Source: a bacterium
GTDB lineage: Bacteria; Patescibacteriota; Saccharimonadia; UBA4664; JBBRNT01
Length of the DNA stretch: 58,795 nucleotides
Assembly: GCA_043767845.1 (NCBI GenBank)
Contig: JAYUFZ010000024.1
Span: 1 to 58,795, forward strand
Reading direction: 5' to 3'
Position 1 is the first letter of the stretch; the number at the start of each line of letters is the position of its first letter. Shown here piece after piece: positions 1 to 9,515 of the stretch. A program made the position numbers and the translations under genes. The notes under the pieces were generated by a model. It searched no databases, was not told the origin of the DNA, and saw only the letters and a program-made list of their open reading frames with translations.

Positions 1-186
1 ATGAAATACGATAAACTTAGATATCTAGAAAGATTTATGCGACAAGCTGGCTACATAGATGTTGTGCCTGACTTCAGTATGCCTCGTGGATACTGGGTAA
101 TTACCCAAGCAGGCCGCAAACGTTCGGGAATCATTCCGACATTCAACCCCAAACGACCGGGAGGTCAAAGCAATGTCAACCGATAA
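1..186 (+). CDS. hypothetical protein (may be 5'-truncated by the window edge)
   Basis: 61-aa ORF overlapping the start of the next ORF; no recognisable motif. Confidence 0.4.
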   Translation: MKYDKLRYLERFMRQAGYIDVVPDFSMPRGYWVITQAGRKRSGIIPTFNPKRPGGQSNVNR

Positions 187-628
187 GCCAATGCTGATGT
201 TTCGTGACTATGAACCCTTGATGGATTTCATCATAGGGGTTCAAGTCGAAGTTGATTACGCTCGACGTATAGCACAGCTAAACGAGCACTATCCGAATGC
301 CAGAGACAAGCGATCCGTGAGATCCTTTTATGGCGCGGATGTTCAGGCACATGTCATAGCGCATTTGATCGGTGGTCAAACAGATCATATCGGTTTCGAA
401 GTCAATGTCAGTGATCCTCGGATATTACATGGTCTGACTGTCGCAATCGTGCGACATAGGGACGATACCAGTTACCAAATACTCGATTCCGTGAATGTCG
501 AAGAAAATACTCCGCGAGTATTTCTCCTCGCCACAATCGACATCAACTTCTATGGCGACTTGGGCTTTCGGGTCGGCTCGCTCGAATCGATCAGAGCACG
601 TTCTGTGGCCACAAGTCTCTCTCGCTAA
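173..628 (+). CDS. hypothetical protein
   Basis: 151-aa ORF with GGAGG RBS upstream (gggaggtcaaagcaATG); no family recognised. Confidence 0.6.
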   Translation: MSTDKPMLMFRDYEPLMDFIIGVQVEVDYARRIAQLNEHYPNARDKRSVRSFYGADVQAHVIAHLIGGQTDHIGFEVNVSDPRILHGLTVAIVRHRDDTSYQILDSVNVEENTPRVFLLATIDINFYGDLGFRVGSLESIRARSVATSLSR

Positions 629-716
629 TACATCGGCTGGATCCTCCAAGATCCAGCCCCAACCAATGAATTCAAGATATTGAATCTTTTGGTTGGCAAC
701 CATCAAAGTACCTCTC

Positions 717-787
717 TGTCATGCTGAATTTATTTCAGCATCTTTCGGTGTTATCTGGGAAGGTCCTGAAACGAGTTCAGGATGACA
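717..787. repeat. REP/MITE-like composite palindromic element (TGTCAT...ATGACA termini)
   Basis: tgtcatgctgaa ... ttcaggatgaca terminal inverted repeat; each arm is itself a hairpin (gctgaatttatttcagc; cctgaaacgagttcagg). Confidence 0.7.
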
Positions 788-857
788 CGCTGGGCAGCCG
801 ACAGGGGAGGGTAGTAGGGTTGCAATTAGCCGTCAGATCTGCTAGAATGAGTTAACA

Positions 858-1124
858 ATGTTAAAGTCAGACACAAAATCCAAAGTTATTAGTTCGATTC
901 AGTCGCACAAAAAGGACACTGGTTCGCCAGAGGTTCAAATTGCTATTTTCACCGAGCAGATCAAGTCTCTGACTTCACATTTACAAACCCACAAAAAGGA
1001 CGAGCACTCTCGTCGTGGGTTACTCAAGATGGTAGGCAAGCGCCGTAGCTTGCTCGACTACCTGAGCAAAAACGACCAAAAGAAGTATCAAGAGGTTATT
1101 TCTAAACTCAGCCTACGCAAGTAA
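858..1124 (+). CDS. rpsO: 30S ribosomal protein S15
   Basis: [10 protein letters not shown] and [19 protein letters not shown] motifs; adjacent to pnp. Confidence 0.99.
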   Translation: MLKSDTKSKVISSIQSHKKDTGSPEVQIAIFTEQIKSLTSHLQTHKKDEHSRRGLLKMVGKRRSLLDYLSKNDQKKYQEVISKLSLRK

Positions 1125-1236
1125 TTTTGCCCGGCTCCAGGTTTAACAATTAGGCGCATCGTTGTGTGATAGAGCTTTGGGATTAATCATTTAATCTCTT
1201 GTCCCTGGCACATAGCCCGCTACTTATAGGATATAC

Positions 1237-3354
1237 ATGCAACAAGAAATTGTTCACCCTTTTGGTGGCAAAACCCAGCAATTTAGTACTGAGTTCTGCG
1301 GCCAGACCCTTACCATCGAAACCGGCAAAATGGCCTTTTTGGCTGATGGCGCTGTAACTGTTCGTTATGGCGATGTTGTCGTGCTCGGTACTGCAGTGAT
1401 GAGCAAGAGCGTCCGTGATGGTATCGACTTCTTCCCACTGCTCGCTGATTATGAGGAGAGAATGTACGCCGCCGGTAAAATTTCCGGTAGCCGCTTCATG
1501 AAGCGTGAAGGCCGCGCTAGCGAACATGGCACTTTGGCCTCCCGCCTTATCGACCGCCCAATCCGCCCGCTGTTCCCTAATGGCTTTCGCAATGATATCC
1601 AAGTAGTAGCCACTGTATTATCTGTCGACAATGTCCATGCCGCCAATATCATCGGTATGATTGCCGCATCGGCCGCCCTTATTATCAGTGGCGCACCTTT
1701 TGACGGCCCGATCTGTGGCGTTAAGATCGGGCTCGTCGATGGTAAACTCGTCGCATATCCAACTGAAGAGCAAATGCTCACTTCCAAGCTTGATCTGACA
1801 GTCGCCGGTACCAAAGACGCCATTATGATGGTCGAAGCTGGTGCGAGCGAAGTTGATGAAGAGACGATGGTCGAAGCTATTGAGCTCGCTCACAAGGCTA
1901 TGCAACCAGTATTGAAACTCCAAGAGGAGATGGTTGCCGCTCTCAAGCCTGTCGCTAAGCCCTACACACTCGTCGAAACCGACAAGGAACTCATCAAGAA
2001 AATTCAGAAATTCGTCCATGGCAAACTCATCCCAGCCCTGCGCCACAAGGATCACTACGTCCATATCAATCATGTTGCTCTGCGCTCACTTGGCGAGGAA
2101 GTTGTCGCTGAATTCGGTGAAGAGTATCCAGATAAGTCAGCTCTCAAGAGCACTTACTACGAAGTAATCGATATAGAAGTTCGCCGTGGAATTCTCGAAG
2201 ACAAAGTCCGTCCCGACGGCCGCGAACCTGATGAGATCCGCGCGCTTTCGCACCAAGTCGGCCTTCTGCCCCGTGCCCACGGATCGGCCCTCTTTACTCG
2301 TGGCATCACCCAAGTGCTGAACACTACGACCTTGGCTTCCACAAGCTACGCGCAGTTGATCGACACTATGGAAGAGGACACCACTAAGCGCTACATGCAC
2401 CACTACAACTTCCCAGGCTTCTCGACTGGTGAAGTCCGCCCAATGCGCTCGCCCGGCCGCCGCGAAATTGGCCATGGTGCTTTGGCCGAGCGTGCGCTGA
2501 TCGCCGTTTTGCCTCCTGTAGAAGACTTTCCTTACACCATCCGTACTGTCAGTGAGGTTATTACATCAAACGGATCGACTTCTATGGCCTCGGTCTGTGG
2601 TAGCACCATGTCGATGATGGACGCTGGCGTGCCACTTACGGCCCCAGTTTCAGGAATCGCCATGGGCCTGGTAATGGGCGATGATGGCAAATACGTCGTG
2701 CTCTCCGACATCGCTGGTGCCGAAGACCACGGCGGCGATATGGACTTCAAGGTTGCTGGAACCGATAAGGGCATTACTGCTCTTCAAATGGACATCAAGA
2801 TCAAAGGTATTACCGCTCAAGTAATGCGCGACGCCCTGGCCAAGGCCAAGGCTGGCCGCGAGAAGATCTTGGCTAGCATGCTGGCTGTTATCGCCGAGCC
2901 ACGGGCCGAGATGAGCCCCTACGCCCCACGCATTTACAAGATGATGATCAACCCAGAGAAGATCAAAGACGTTATCGGCAAAGGCGGCGAGATGATTAAT
3001 AAGATTATCGCTGAAACCGGCGTCGAGATCGACATCCAAGATTCAGGCCTGGTCATGATCGCTGCCACCAACGGCGAGAGTGCCGACGCTGCAATGCAGT
3101 GGATTAGTGGTCTGACTGAAGAGCCGGAAATCGGTAAGATTTACACCGGTAAGGTGGTTAAGCTCATGGAATTCGGAGCCTTCGTCAATATTATGCCTGG
3201 CAAAGACGGCTTGGTGCACATCTCCCAAATGGCCGATAAACGTGTCGAAAAAGTAACAGACATTGTCGACGTTGGTGATACAATTAAGGTTAAGCTGGTG
3301 GAGATTGACGACAAGGGTCGAATGAACCTCAGTATGAAGGCAGCAAAAGAATAG
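1237..3354 (+). CDS. pnp: polyribonucleotide nucleotidyltransferase (PNPase)
   Basis: DFFPL, SRLIDRPIRPLFP, RREIGHG, SNGSTSMAS, GDMDFKVAG motifs; KH and S1 domains. Confidence 0.99.
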   Translation: MQQEIVHPFGGKTQQFSTEFCGQTLTIETGKMAFLADGAVTVRYGDVVVLGTAVMSKSVRDGIDFFPLLADYEERMYAAGKISGSRFMKREGRASEHGTLASRLIDRPIRPLFPNGFRNDIQVVATVLSVDNVHAANIIGMIAASAALIISGAPFDGPICGVKIGLVDGKLVAYPTEEQMLTSKLDLTVAGTKDAIMMVEAGASEVDEETMVEAIELAHKAMQPVLKLQEEMVAALKPVAKPYTLVETDKELIKKIQKFVHGKLIPALRHKDHYVHINHVALRSLGEEVVAEFGEEYPDKSALKSTYYEVIDIEVRRGILEDKVRPDGREPDEIRALSHQVGLLPRAHGSALFTRGITQVLNTTTLASTSYAQLIDTMEEDTTKRYMHHYNFPGFSTGEVRPMRSPGRREIGHGALAERALIAVLPPVEDFPYTIRTVSEVITSNGSTSMASVCGSTMSMMDAGVPLTAPVSGIAMGLVMGDDGKYVVLSDIAGAEDHGGDMDFKVAGTDKGITALQMDIKIKGITAQVMRDALAKAKAGREKILASMLAVIAEPRAEMSPYAPRIYKMMINPEKIKDVIGKGGEMINKIIAETGVEIDIQDSGLVMIAATNGESADAAMQWISGLTEEPEIGKIYTGKVVKLMEFGAFVNIMPGKDGLVHISQMADKRVEKVTDIVDVGDTIKVKLVEIDDKGRMNLSMKAAKE

Positions 3355-3369
3355 ATTTCATTGTTCACA

Positions 3370-3392
3370 GAGCCTCGCCGATGGTGGGGCTC
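3370..3392 (+). terminator. GC-rich hairpin after pnp (no U-tract)
   Basis: gagcctcgcc-gat-ggtggggctc. Confidence 0.45.
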
Positions 3393-3394
3393 CA

Positions 3395-3985
3395 ATGAGG
3401 GATGAAATGAGGGAATCAGATAAGCAAGCACAACTGGATGAGATCGCCACGCGTATTAAGAGTGCCGATGTCTGTCCAGAATTGCGCGCCACTGCCACCC
3501 AACTCGTTCCTGGATCTGGCAATCCGGATGCCGATATAGTCTTTATAGGCGAGGCACCTGGTGCGAAGGAGGACGAGACCGGGGTGCCGTTTGTCGGGGC
3601 CGCCGGCAAGTTCCTTGATGAAATGCTTGCGACGATCGACTTGAAGCGCAGCGACATTTTCATAACCAACATCGTCAAATACCGTCCACCGAAGAACCGC
3701 GATCCGTTGCCCGAAGAGATAGAGGCCTTCATGCCTTACTTGGAGCAACAAATCGCCGTTATTCGGCCGAAACTAGTTATCTTTCTGGGCCGCCACGCCA
3801 TGAGCGTCGTGTTCCCGGAGCTCAAGATCAGCGAGGCGCACGGGAGGGCATTGCGCCGTAAAGGGCAAGTATATCTGCCGCTCTTCCACCCAGCCGCCGC
3901 CCTCTACAATGGCGGGCTACGTGCGACACTTCTTGAAGACTTCGCCAAAATCCCCAAAATCTTATCTTTAATAGAAACTAAATAA
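3395..3985 (+). CDS. uracil-DNA glycosylase, family 4-like
   Basis: GEAPG, PFVG, NIVKYRPP.NRDP and HPAA motifs. Confidence 0.93.
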   Translation: MRDEMRESDKQAQLDEIATRIKSADVCPELRATATQLVPGSGNPDADIVFIGEAPGAKEDETGVPFVGAAGKFLDEMLATIDLKRSDIFITNIVKYRPPKNRDPLPEEIEAFMPYLEQQIAVIRPKLVIFLGRHAMSVVFPELKISEAHGRALRRKGQVYLPLFHPAAALYNGGLRATLLEDFAKIPKILSLIETK

Positions 3986-3988
3986 TAC

Positions 3989-4055
3989 ATTTCGTCATCC
4001 CTCGTGTAGTAGAGCGATCCAGCCGATCTCTCCACTGTAGTAGGGATGACAAAAT
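3989..4055. repeat. REP/MITE-like palindromic element (GTCAT...ATGAC termini)
   Basis: atttcgtcatccct ... agggatgacaaaat inverted repeat with internal gatc/gatc pairing. Confidence 0.6.
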
Positions 4056-4096
4056 ACTAACCGGCCACACTTACGGCCAACCCAGAAAAGGAATAT

Positions 4097-6340
4097 ATGA
4101 ATCCAGATACACCTGCTGCCAAACCAGCATCGAGCCCTGAGCCACAGCGCTCAGGCCAACCAAACCCCAGCACTAGCCAGCCTAGCCCAAGCGGCCAACC
4201 AGGCGCCTACCGCCCCAATATTAACAACCGCCCACGCGGCAATTTCCGCCCCCGCTCGCCACGTCCAATGGGTAGTTCGACGAACCCAAATACAGCAACT
4301 GATGCTACGGGCGGCCAGAATGCCGGGCGCGTAGTGCAAGGCGACAGAATTACCAGTATGGCCACTGCCGGCCCGAATGGCATCCTGCCAGCTGGTGGCC
4401 AGGTCAATGGCGGCCGCCCGAACCAAGGTCAAGGCCAGGGTCAAAACAACCGTGGCGGCCAAGGCCAAGGCCAGAACGGCCGCCCACGCCAAGGTGGTGG
4501 CAGCAACCAAACAGCCCGTGGCACCCGACACTCCGGCCCACCCCGCCGCCCACAGGCCCCCACCACACCACAGATCCCAATCAACAAGTCGCCATTCAAC
4601 GGTACTGGCGGCGAGCAGCAAACTCAGATCAAGGAGCGCAAGGCTAATGCCGTGACCCGCGAGAACAAGCTGCGTATTATCCCGCTCGGCGGGCTTGGTG
4701 AAGTCGGCAAAAACATGATGGCCATCGAATATGGCAACGACATCGTGGTAGTCGATATGGGCTTTGCTTTCCCCGACGAACTACAGCCAGGTATCGACTA
4801 CATTATTCCAGACATTACCTACCTCGAGAAAAATAAGCACAAGATCCGCGGTATCGTCATTACCCACGGCCACATGGACCACATTGGTGCCGCTGGCTAT
4901 GTCTTACCTAAAATAAATGTGCCAATCTTTGGTACGCGCCTCAGCCTGGGTATGGTCGCGAAGCAAATAGAAGAATTCAAGCTCCAGACCCAGCCACAAT
5001 GGCGGGTAATGGATCCTGATAAGCACGAGAAGGTGCAGCTGGGTGTCTTTAGTATTGAGCTGATTCGCGTTACTCACTCCATTCCCGACGCCACAGCCGT
5101 AGCCATCAGCACGCCGATCGGCATGCTGATCCACACTGGCGACTGGCGCCTTGACCCAACCCCAACGGACGGACGGATGATGGACATGCCTCGCCTAACC
5201 GAGCTCGGCAAGCAAGGCGTGCTCATGCTGATGAGCGACAGCACAAATTGCGAGCGTATGGGCCGCACACTTTCCGAAGTCGTGCTGGAGCAAACTTTTG
5301 CCGAGCTTTTCCAGATTGCCGGCGGCCGAGTCATCGTCTCAACCTTTGCCAGTTCGATAACCCGTGTGCAGCTGATCATTGACGCTGCCCACGCAGCCAA
5401 CCGCAAACTAGCCCTCAACGGCCGCTCGATGCTGTCCAATATTGAACTAGCCGTCAAGCTGGGCTACCTGAAGGTACCGCAAGGCTTAATCGTAAAGGTT
5501 CAGGATAGCACCCGGCTCAAGGACAATGAGGTCGTGGTACTCTGTACCGGTTCGCAAGGCGAGCCGAACGCCGCGCTATCACGCATGTCGACCGGCGACC
5601 ATCCCCAGATCAAGATTAAGGCTGGTGACTCAATTATCTTCAGCTCTAACCCGATCCCGGGTAATGAAAACTCGGTGACTACCATCGTTGACTCGCTCAT
5701 GCGTGAAGGCGCCAAGGTCTACCAGAATGTAACCCGCGAGATTGATGAGCACGGATTACTGCACGTTTCTGGCCACGCCAGCCGCGACGACATTATCGAC
5801 TTGATGAATGCCGTGAAGCCGAAGTACTTTATGCCCATCCACGGTGAGTACCATATGCTCGTGCGCCATGCCGAGCTGGCCGTCAAAAACGGTTTGCCAC
5901 AAGCCAACGCCTTCGTTATGGATAACGGCGACGTCTTGGAGATTACCGAAACGAGCGCCAAGCGTGGTGAGCGCGTGCCAAGCGGTATTGTACTTATCGA
6001 CGGTGCGGGTGTGGGCGATGTCGAGCAAGTAGTACTGCGCGACCGCCTGACGATGTCGGGTGACGGTATCTTTGTGATCGTGGCGACTGTTGACCGCAAG
6101 ACGGGCAAGCTGCTTACCAGCCCCGATATCATTTCCCGTGGCTTCATCTATATGAAGGATAATGAGGAATTGATTAGCCGGGCCCGGGCCGAGATCCGCA
6201 AGTCGTTCGAAAAGCGGGGCACGGGCGAGCTCATCGACTGGAGCCGTTTCAAGCTGAAGCTGCGCGACGATGTATCCGACCTCCTCTACAAGCGCACCAA
6301 GCGCAACCCGATGATCATCCCTGTAATCAACGAAGTTTAA
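4097..6340 (+). CDS. rnj: ribonuclease J with ~190-aa low-complexity N-terminal extension
   Basis: PLGGLGEVGKN, THGHMDHIG, THSIPD, HTGDW, HVSGH and PIHGE beta-CASP motifs. Confidence 0.97.
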   Translation: MNPDTPAAKPASSPEPQRSGQPNPSTSQPSPSGQPGAYRPNINNRPRGNFRPRSPRPMGSSTNPNTATDATGGQNAGRVVQGDRITSMATAGPNGILPAGGQVNGGRPNQGQGQGQNNRGGQGQGQNGRPRQGGGSNQTARGTRHSGPPRRPQAPTTPQIPINKSPFNGTGGEQQTQIKERKANAVTRENKLRIIPLGGLGEVGKNMMAIEYGNDIVVVDMGFAFPDELQPGIDYIIPDITYLEKNKHKIRGIVITHGHMDHIGAAGYVLPKINVPIFGTRLSLGMVAKQIEEFKLQTQPQWRVMDPDKHEKVQLGVFSIELIRVTHSIPDATAVAISTPIGMLIHTGDWRLDPTPTDGRMMDMPRLTELGKQGVLMLMSDSTNCERMGRTLSEVVLEQTFAELFQIAGGRVIVSTFASSITRVQLIIDAAHAANRKLALNGRSMLSNIELAVKLGYLKVPQGLIVKVQDSTRLKDNEVVVLCTGSQGEPNAALSRMSTGDHPQIKIKAGDSIIFSSNPIPGNENSVTTIVDSLMREGAKVYQNVTREIDEHGLLHVSGHASRDDIIDLMNAVKPKYFMPIHGEYHMLVRHAELAVKNGLPQANAFVMDNGDVLEITETSAKRGERVPSGIVLIDGAGVGDVEQVVLRDRLTMSGDGIFVIVATVDRKTGKLLTSPDIISRGFIYMKDNEELISRARAEIRKSFEKRGTGELIDWSRFKLKLRDDVSDLLYKRTKRNPMIIPVINEV

Positions 6341-6515
6341 CTTCTTGCACTGAGCAGAGGGATTTAGTGATAAATCCCTCAACCTAGTCCAAGATCAACC
6401 GATCTAGATGAACTCTCAACATAATTAACTTGCCACGGCTTCGGCCGTTTGGCTCGTCGGTCATACCCATAAACCGGCCGGTGTTTGTTTATCAGCAATA
6501 CACCAAAGGAGAAAA

Positions 6516-8225
6516 ATGAATACAATTACTAAAACAGGCCTGGCTAGTTCCCAGCCTAGCCAACCGACACTCAAGATAATTCCGCTCGGCGGCTTGCACG
6601 AAGTCGGCAAGAATATGACGGCTATTGAGTACGGTGACGACATCATCGTGATCGACGCCGGCTTTGCCTTTCCAAATGCTACTCAACCCGGTGTCGACTA
6701 TATTATTCCAGATACGGGATACTTGGAGCAGCGCAAATCAAAGCTGCGCGGCTACGTGTTTACCCACGGCCATGAAGACCACATTGGGGCGGTGCCGTTT
6801 GTGTTGGCGAAATTACCAGCGCCAATGTACGGCGCGCGTTTTACCTTGGCCCGCATTGAGCACAAACTGCGCGAATATCACCTGCAAACCCAGCCCCAAT
6901 TCTGGACGATGGATCCTGACAAACACCAGAAAGTGCAGCTCGGTGTTTTCAGTATTGAGCTGATCAGGGTAACGCACTCCATACCAGATGCCTGCGCGGT
7001 AGCTATCGGCACACCGCTTGGCACCATAATTCACACGGGCGATTGGCGACTTGATCCGAATCCGATCGACGGCAAGCAAATGGACCTGCCACGACTTGAA
7101 GCACTTGGTCGTGAGGGGGTCTTGCTGCTAATGAGCGAGTCAACGGACTGTGAGTTCAGGGGCCAAAGCGATAGTGAGCAGACTGTTTCGAAAACGCTCA
7201 TGGAGCTGATGGGCCGCCCTAAGGGCCGGATTATTATTTCTGCTATTGCCACCAATGTTCACCGCCAGCAAAGTATTATTAACGCCGTGGCGGCTTCGGG
7301 CCGTAAGCTGATCCCGCTCGGTAGGTCGATGGTTAGTACCGTTGAACTAGCGATCAAACTTGGCTATTTGCAAATGCCAGCTGGGTTGTTGGCTACGCTC
7401 GACGATCTACGGCGCTTGCCGGACAATCAAGTAGTCATTATGTGTACCGGCCACCAAGGCGAGCCGAACTCGGCTTTGCAGCGCATGGCGTCCGGCGAAC
7501 ATCCCCGGGTACTCATTAAGCCGACAGACACGGTGATCTTGAGCTCAAGCATTATTCCTGGTAACCAGGCGCAGGTGCAGCGGGCTGTCGATGGACTCTT
7601 TCGACAGGGGATTAAGATTTACCAACATCGCTATCGTGATATTGACGCGATCGGCCCCTTGCATGCTGGTGGCCACGCCCGCAGGGATGATCTGGCTCGG
7701 CTCATCGAGCTCGTGAAACCCAAATACTTTATGCCAATCCACGGCTATTTACGCATGCTGGTGCGGCACGCCGAGCTAGCTGCCAGCTCGGGGGTTAAAC
7801 AGCAACATTGCGTGGTACTAGCCAACGGCAATATGCTCCAGATATCGGCCAGTGGGTTTAGCGTCGATCGGGACCGCCAGGCCGGCGGGATAATTGTTGA
7901 TGGCGCTGGAATTGGCGATGTCGATGAAGAGACTCTCACTCAAAGACGCGCACTGCAGCAAGAAGGCGCCATTATCATCTGTCTGGCCCTTGATAAGAGC
8001 GGGCGGCTGGTAGGCCATCCAACGGTTCTGGCGCGTGGTTTTGCCGGTAGTGGGCAGCAGGCCCAGCTGCTCCTCCAGGTGGGTGATTTTGTGACGGAAA
8101 GCTATCAGAGCTGGCCGGGCGAGCCAGCTGCACTCCAGGCCCACATATGTGAGGCAGTGGCTGAGCTAGTATTGGCGAGTAGTGGCCGCCTGCCGATGAT
8201 TATCCCAAGTATCAGCTGGCGCTAG
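6516..8225 (+). CDS. rnj: ribonuclease J paralog (second copy)
   Basis: PLGGLHEVGKN, THGHEDHIG, THSIPD, HTGDW; C-terminal motifs diverged (HAGGH, PIHGY); AAAGGAG RBS. Confidence 0.93.
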   Translation: MNTITKTGLASSQPSQPTLKIIPLGGLHEVGKNMTAIEYGDDIIVIDAGFAFPNATQPGVDYIIPDTGYLEQRKSKLRGYVFTHGHEDHIGAVPFVLAKLPAPMYGARFTLARIEHKLREYHLQTQPQFWTMDPDKHQKVQLGVFSIELIRVTHSIPDACAVAIGTPLGTIIHTGDWRLDPNPIDGKQMDLPRLEALGREGVLLLMSESTDCEFRGQSDSEQTVSKTLMELMGRPKGRIIISAIATNVHRQQSIINAVAASGRKLIPLGRSMVSTVELAIKLGYLQMPAGLLATLDDLRRLPDNQVVIMCTGHQGEPNSALQRMASGEHPRVLIKPTDTVILSSSIIPGNQAQVQRAVDGLFRQGIKIYQHRYRDIDAIGPLHAGGHARRDDLARLIELVKPKYFMPIHGYLRMLVRHAELAASSGVKQQHCVVLANGNMLQISASGFSVDRDRQAGGIIVDGAGIGDVDEETLTQRRALQQEGAIIICLALDKSGRLVGHPTVLARGFAGSGQQAQLLLQVGDFVTESYQSWPGEPAALQAHICEAVAELVLASSGRLPMIIPSISWR

Positions 8226-8272
8226 GCCAAAGCCCTGGGATTAAGATTCACTAACTGACATAATAGGTACCT

Positions 8273-9508
8273 ATGGATTATTTACGCGGCATCTACCCAA
8301 AATATTGGGGCAATCTATCACCAAGGCTTAGGATTATGGCCGGCTACTACGCCAGCGCCGGGTTCGTGATGTGGTATGCCGTCGAAAAGATTTTTGAGTC
8401 GAGCACGCTTCACTTTTCGGCCACCCAAATCGTCTCTTTAATTAGCCTGGCCTACTTGATACACCTGCTGCTCGATATTCCTTCCAGCCTCATCGCCGAC
8501 CGCTGGAGCCGTAGCAAAATGCTGGCTCTCAGCCTTTTTTTCGGCTGGCTGGCGGCGCTCTGCGGCGGGCTTGCGACAAGCTTCTGGATGTATAGCTTCG
8601 TGGCTGTTTTTTGGGCTTTCGCCAGCTCTTTTCATACTGGTGTTTCGGCTGCCCTGACTTATGACATTTGCAAAGAAGAGTCTATCGAAGCTGACTACAC
8701 CCGGCTGTCGGTGCAGATGCAGAACATCTTTCGGATCGCTATTGCTTCGGGCCTTGCCCTAGGTGGCATTGTTGCCTCGCTGGCTGGCCTACGGGCGCCA
8801 TACTTCGGCAGCTTGTTGTTCATGCTGCCGATGGCCGCAGTTGTCTGGCGCATGAAAGAGCCAAGCGCCCACAAAGAGCAACAGCGTGGGAATAGCCTGC
8901 TGCATATGTTGCAAGCAGCGCGCAATATCACTACTAGTCGTTATATCTTCGGCCTGGCCGTGCTGACTATCCTGACCGACGGCATTATGGCCGCTGGGCT
9001 CTACGAGTTCTCGCAATTAGTCTATCAGCAAGCGCGGCTACCGCTGGCAGTCATCGGGGTTGCTACGGCCTTTTCGAACACGCTCTTTTTTGTGGCTCTA
9101 ACCATCGTCGTCATTCGCCTGCAGCGCTTCGCCGGCGTGGTACTGGCCAGTATTTATGGGATCGCTGCCTTAGCCTTGATGATCTTGGGGCTGGTAACCA
9201 ATCGCCTGGAGGTAGTACTCTTGTACGGTCTAGCTATCGCCTTCATGCAAATGGCCAGCCACTGGTTGTCGGTGGCCTTACATCACAATGTCCCAAGCGC
9301 CGAGAGGGCCTCAACACACTCCTTGGCTAGTAGTATCGGAAGCCTTTGCTGGCTTATTGCCAGCCCTTTTATGGCCATTGCCTTGGCTGAGCGGGGAGCG
9401 ATAGGCCCATCAGGAATTGTGGCTATGGTAATGTTTGCTGCGGCCGTAATTTCACTGCTGAGTTTAGTCTTCGGGCGTAAGCGCTTTACCGGGCTTTTCG
9501 TGTCATAA
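8273..9508 (+). CDS. MFS transporter
   Basis: About 12 hydrophobic segments; motif-A-like SLIADRWSRSK. Confidence 0.85.
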   Translation: MDYLRGIYPKYWGNLSPRLRIMAGYYASAGFVMWYAVEKIFESSTLHFSATQIVSLISLAYLIHLLLDIPSSLIADRWSRSKMLALSLFFGWLAALCGGLATSFWMYSFVAVFWAFASSFHTGVSAALTYDICKEESIEADYTRLSVQMQNIFRIAIASGLALGGIVASLAGLRAPYFGSLLFMLPMAAVVWRMKEPSAHKEQQRGNSLLHMLQAARNITTSRYIFGLAVLTILTDGIMAAGLYEFSQLVYQQARLPLAVIGVATAFSNTLFFVALTIVVIRLQRFAGVVLASIYGIAALALMILGLVTNRLEVVLLYGLAIAFMQMASHWLSVALHHNVPSAERASTHSLASSIGSLCWLIASPFMAIALAERGAIGPSGIVAMVMFAAAVISLLSLVFGRKRFTGLFVS

Positions 9509-9515
9509 TGGATAC

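Noticed and set aside
659-696. Hairpin ccaaccaa...ttggttgg as an ncRNA
   Set aside because: It is an imperfect single stem directly after ORF 173-628, most simply a terminator-like structure.
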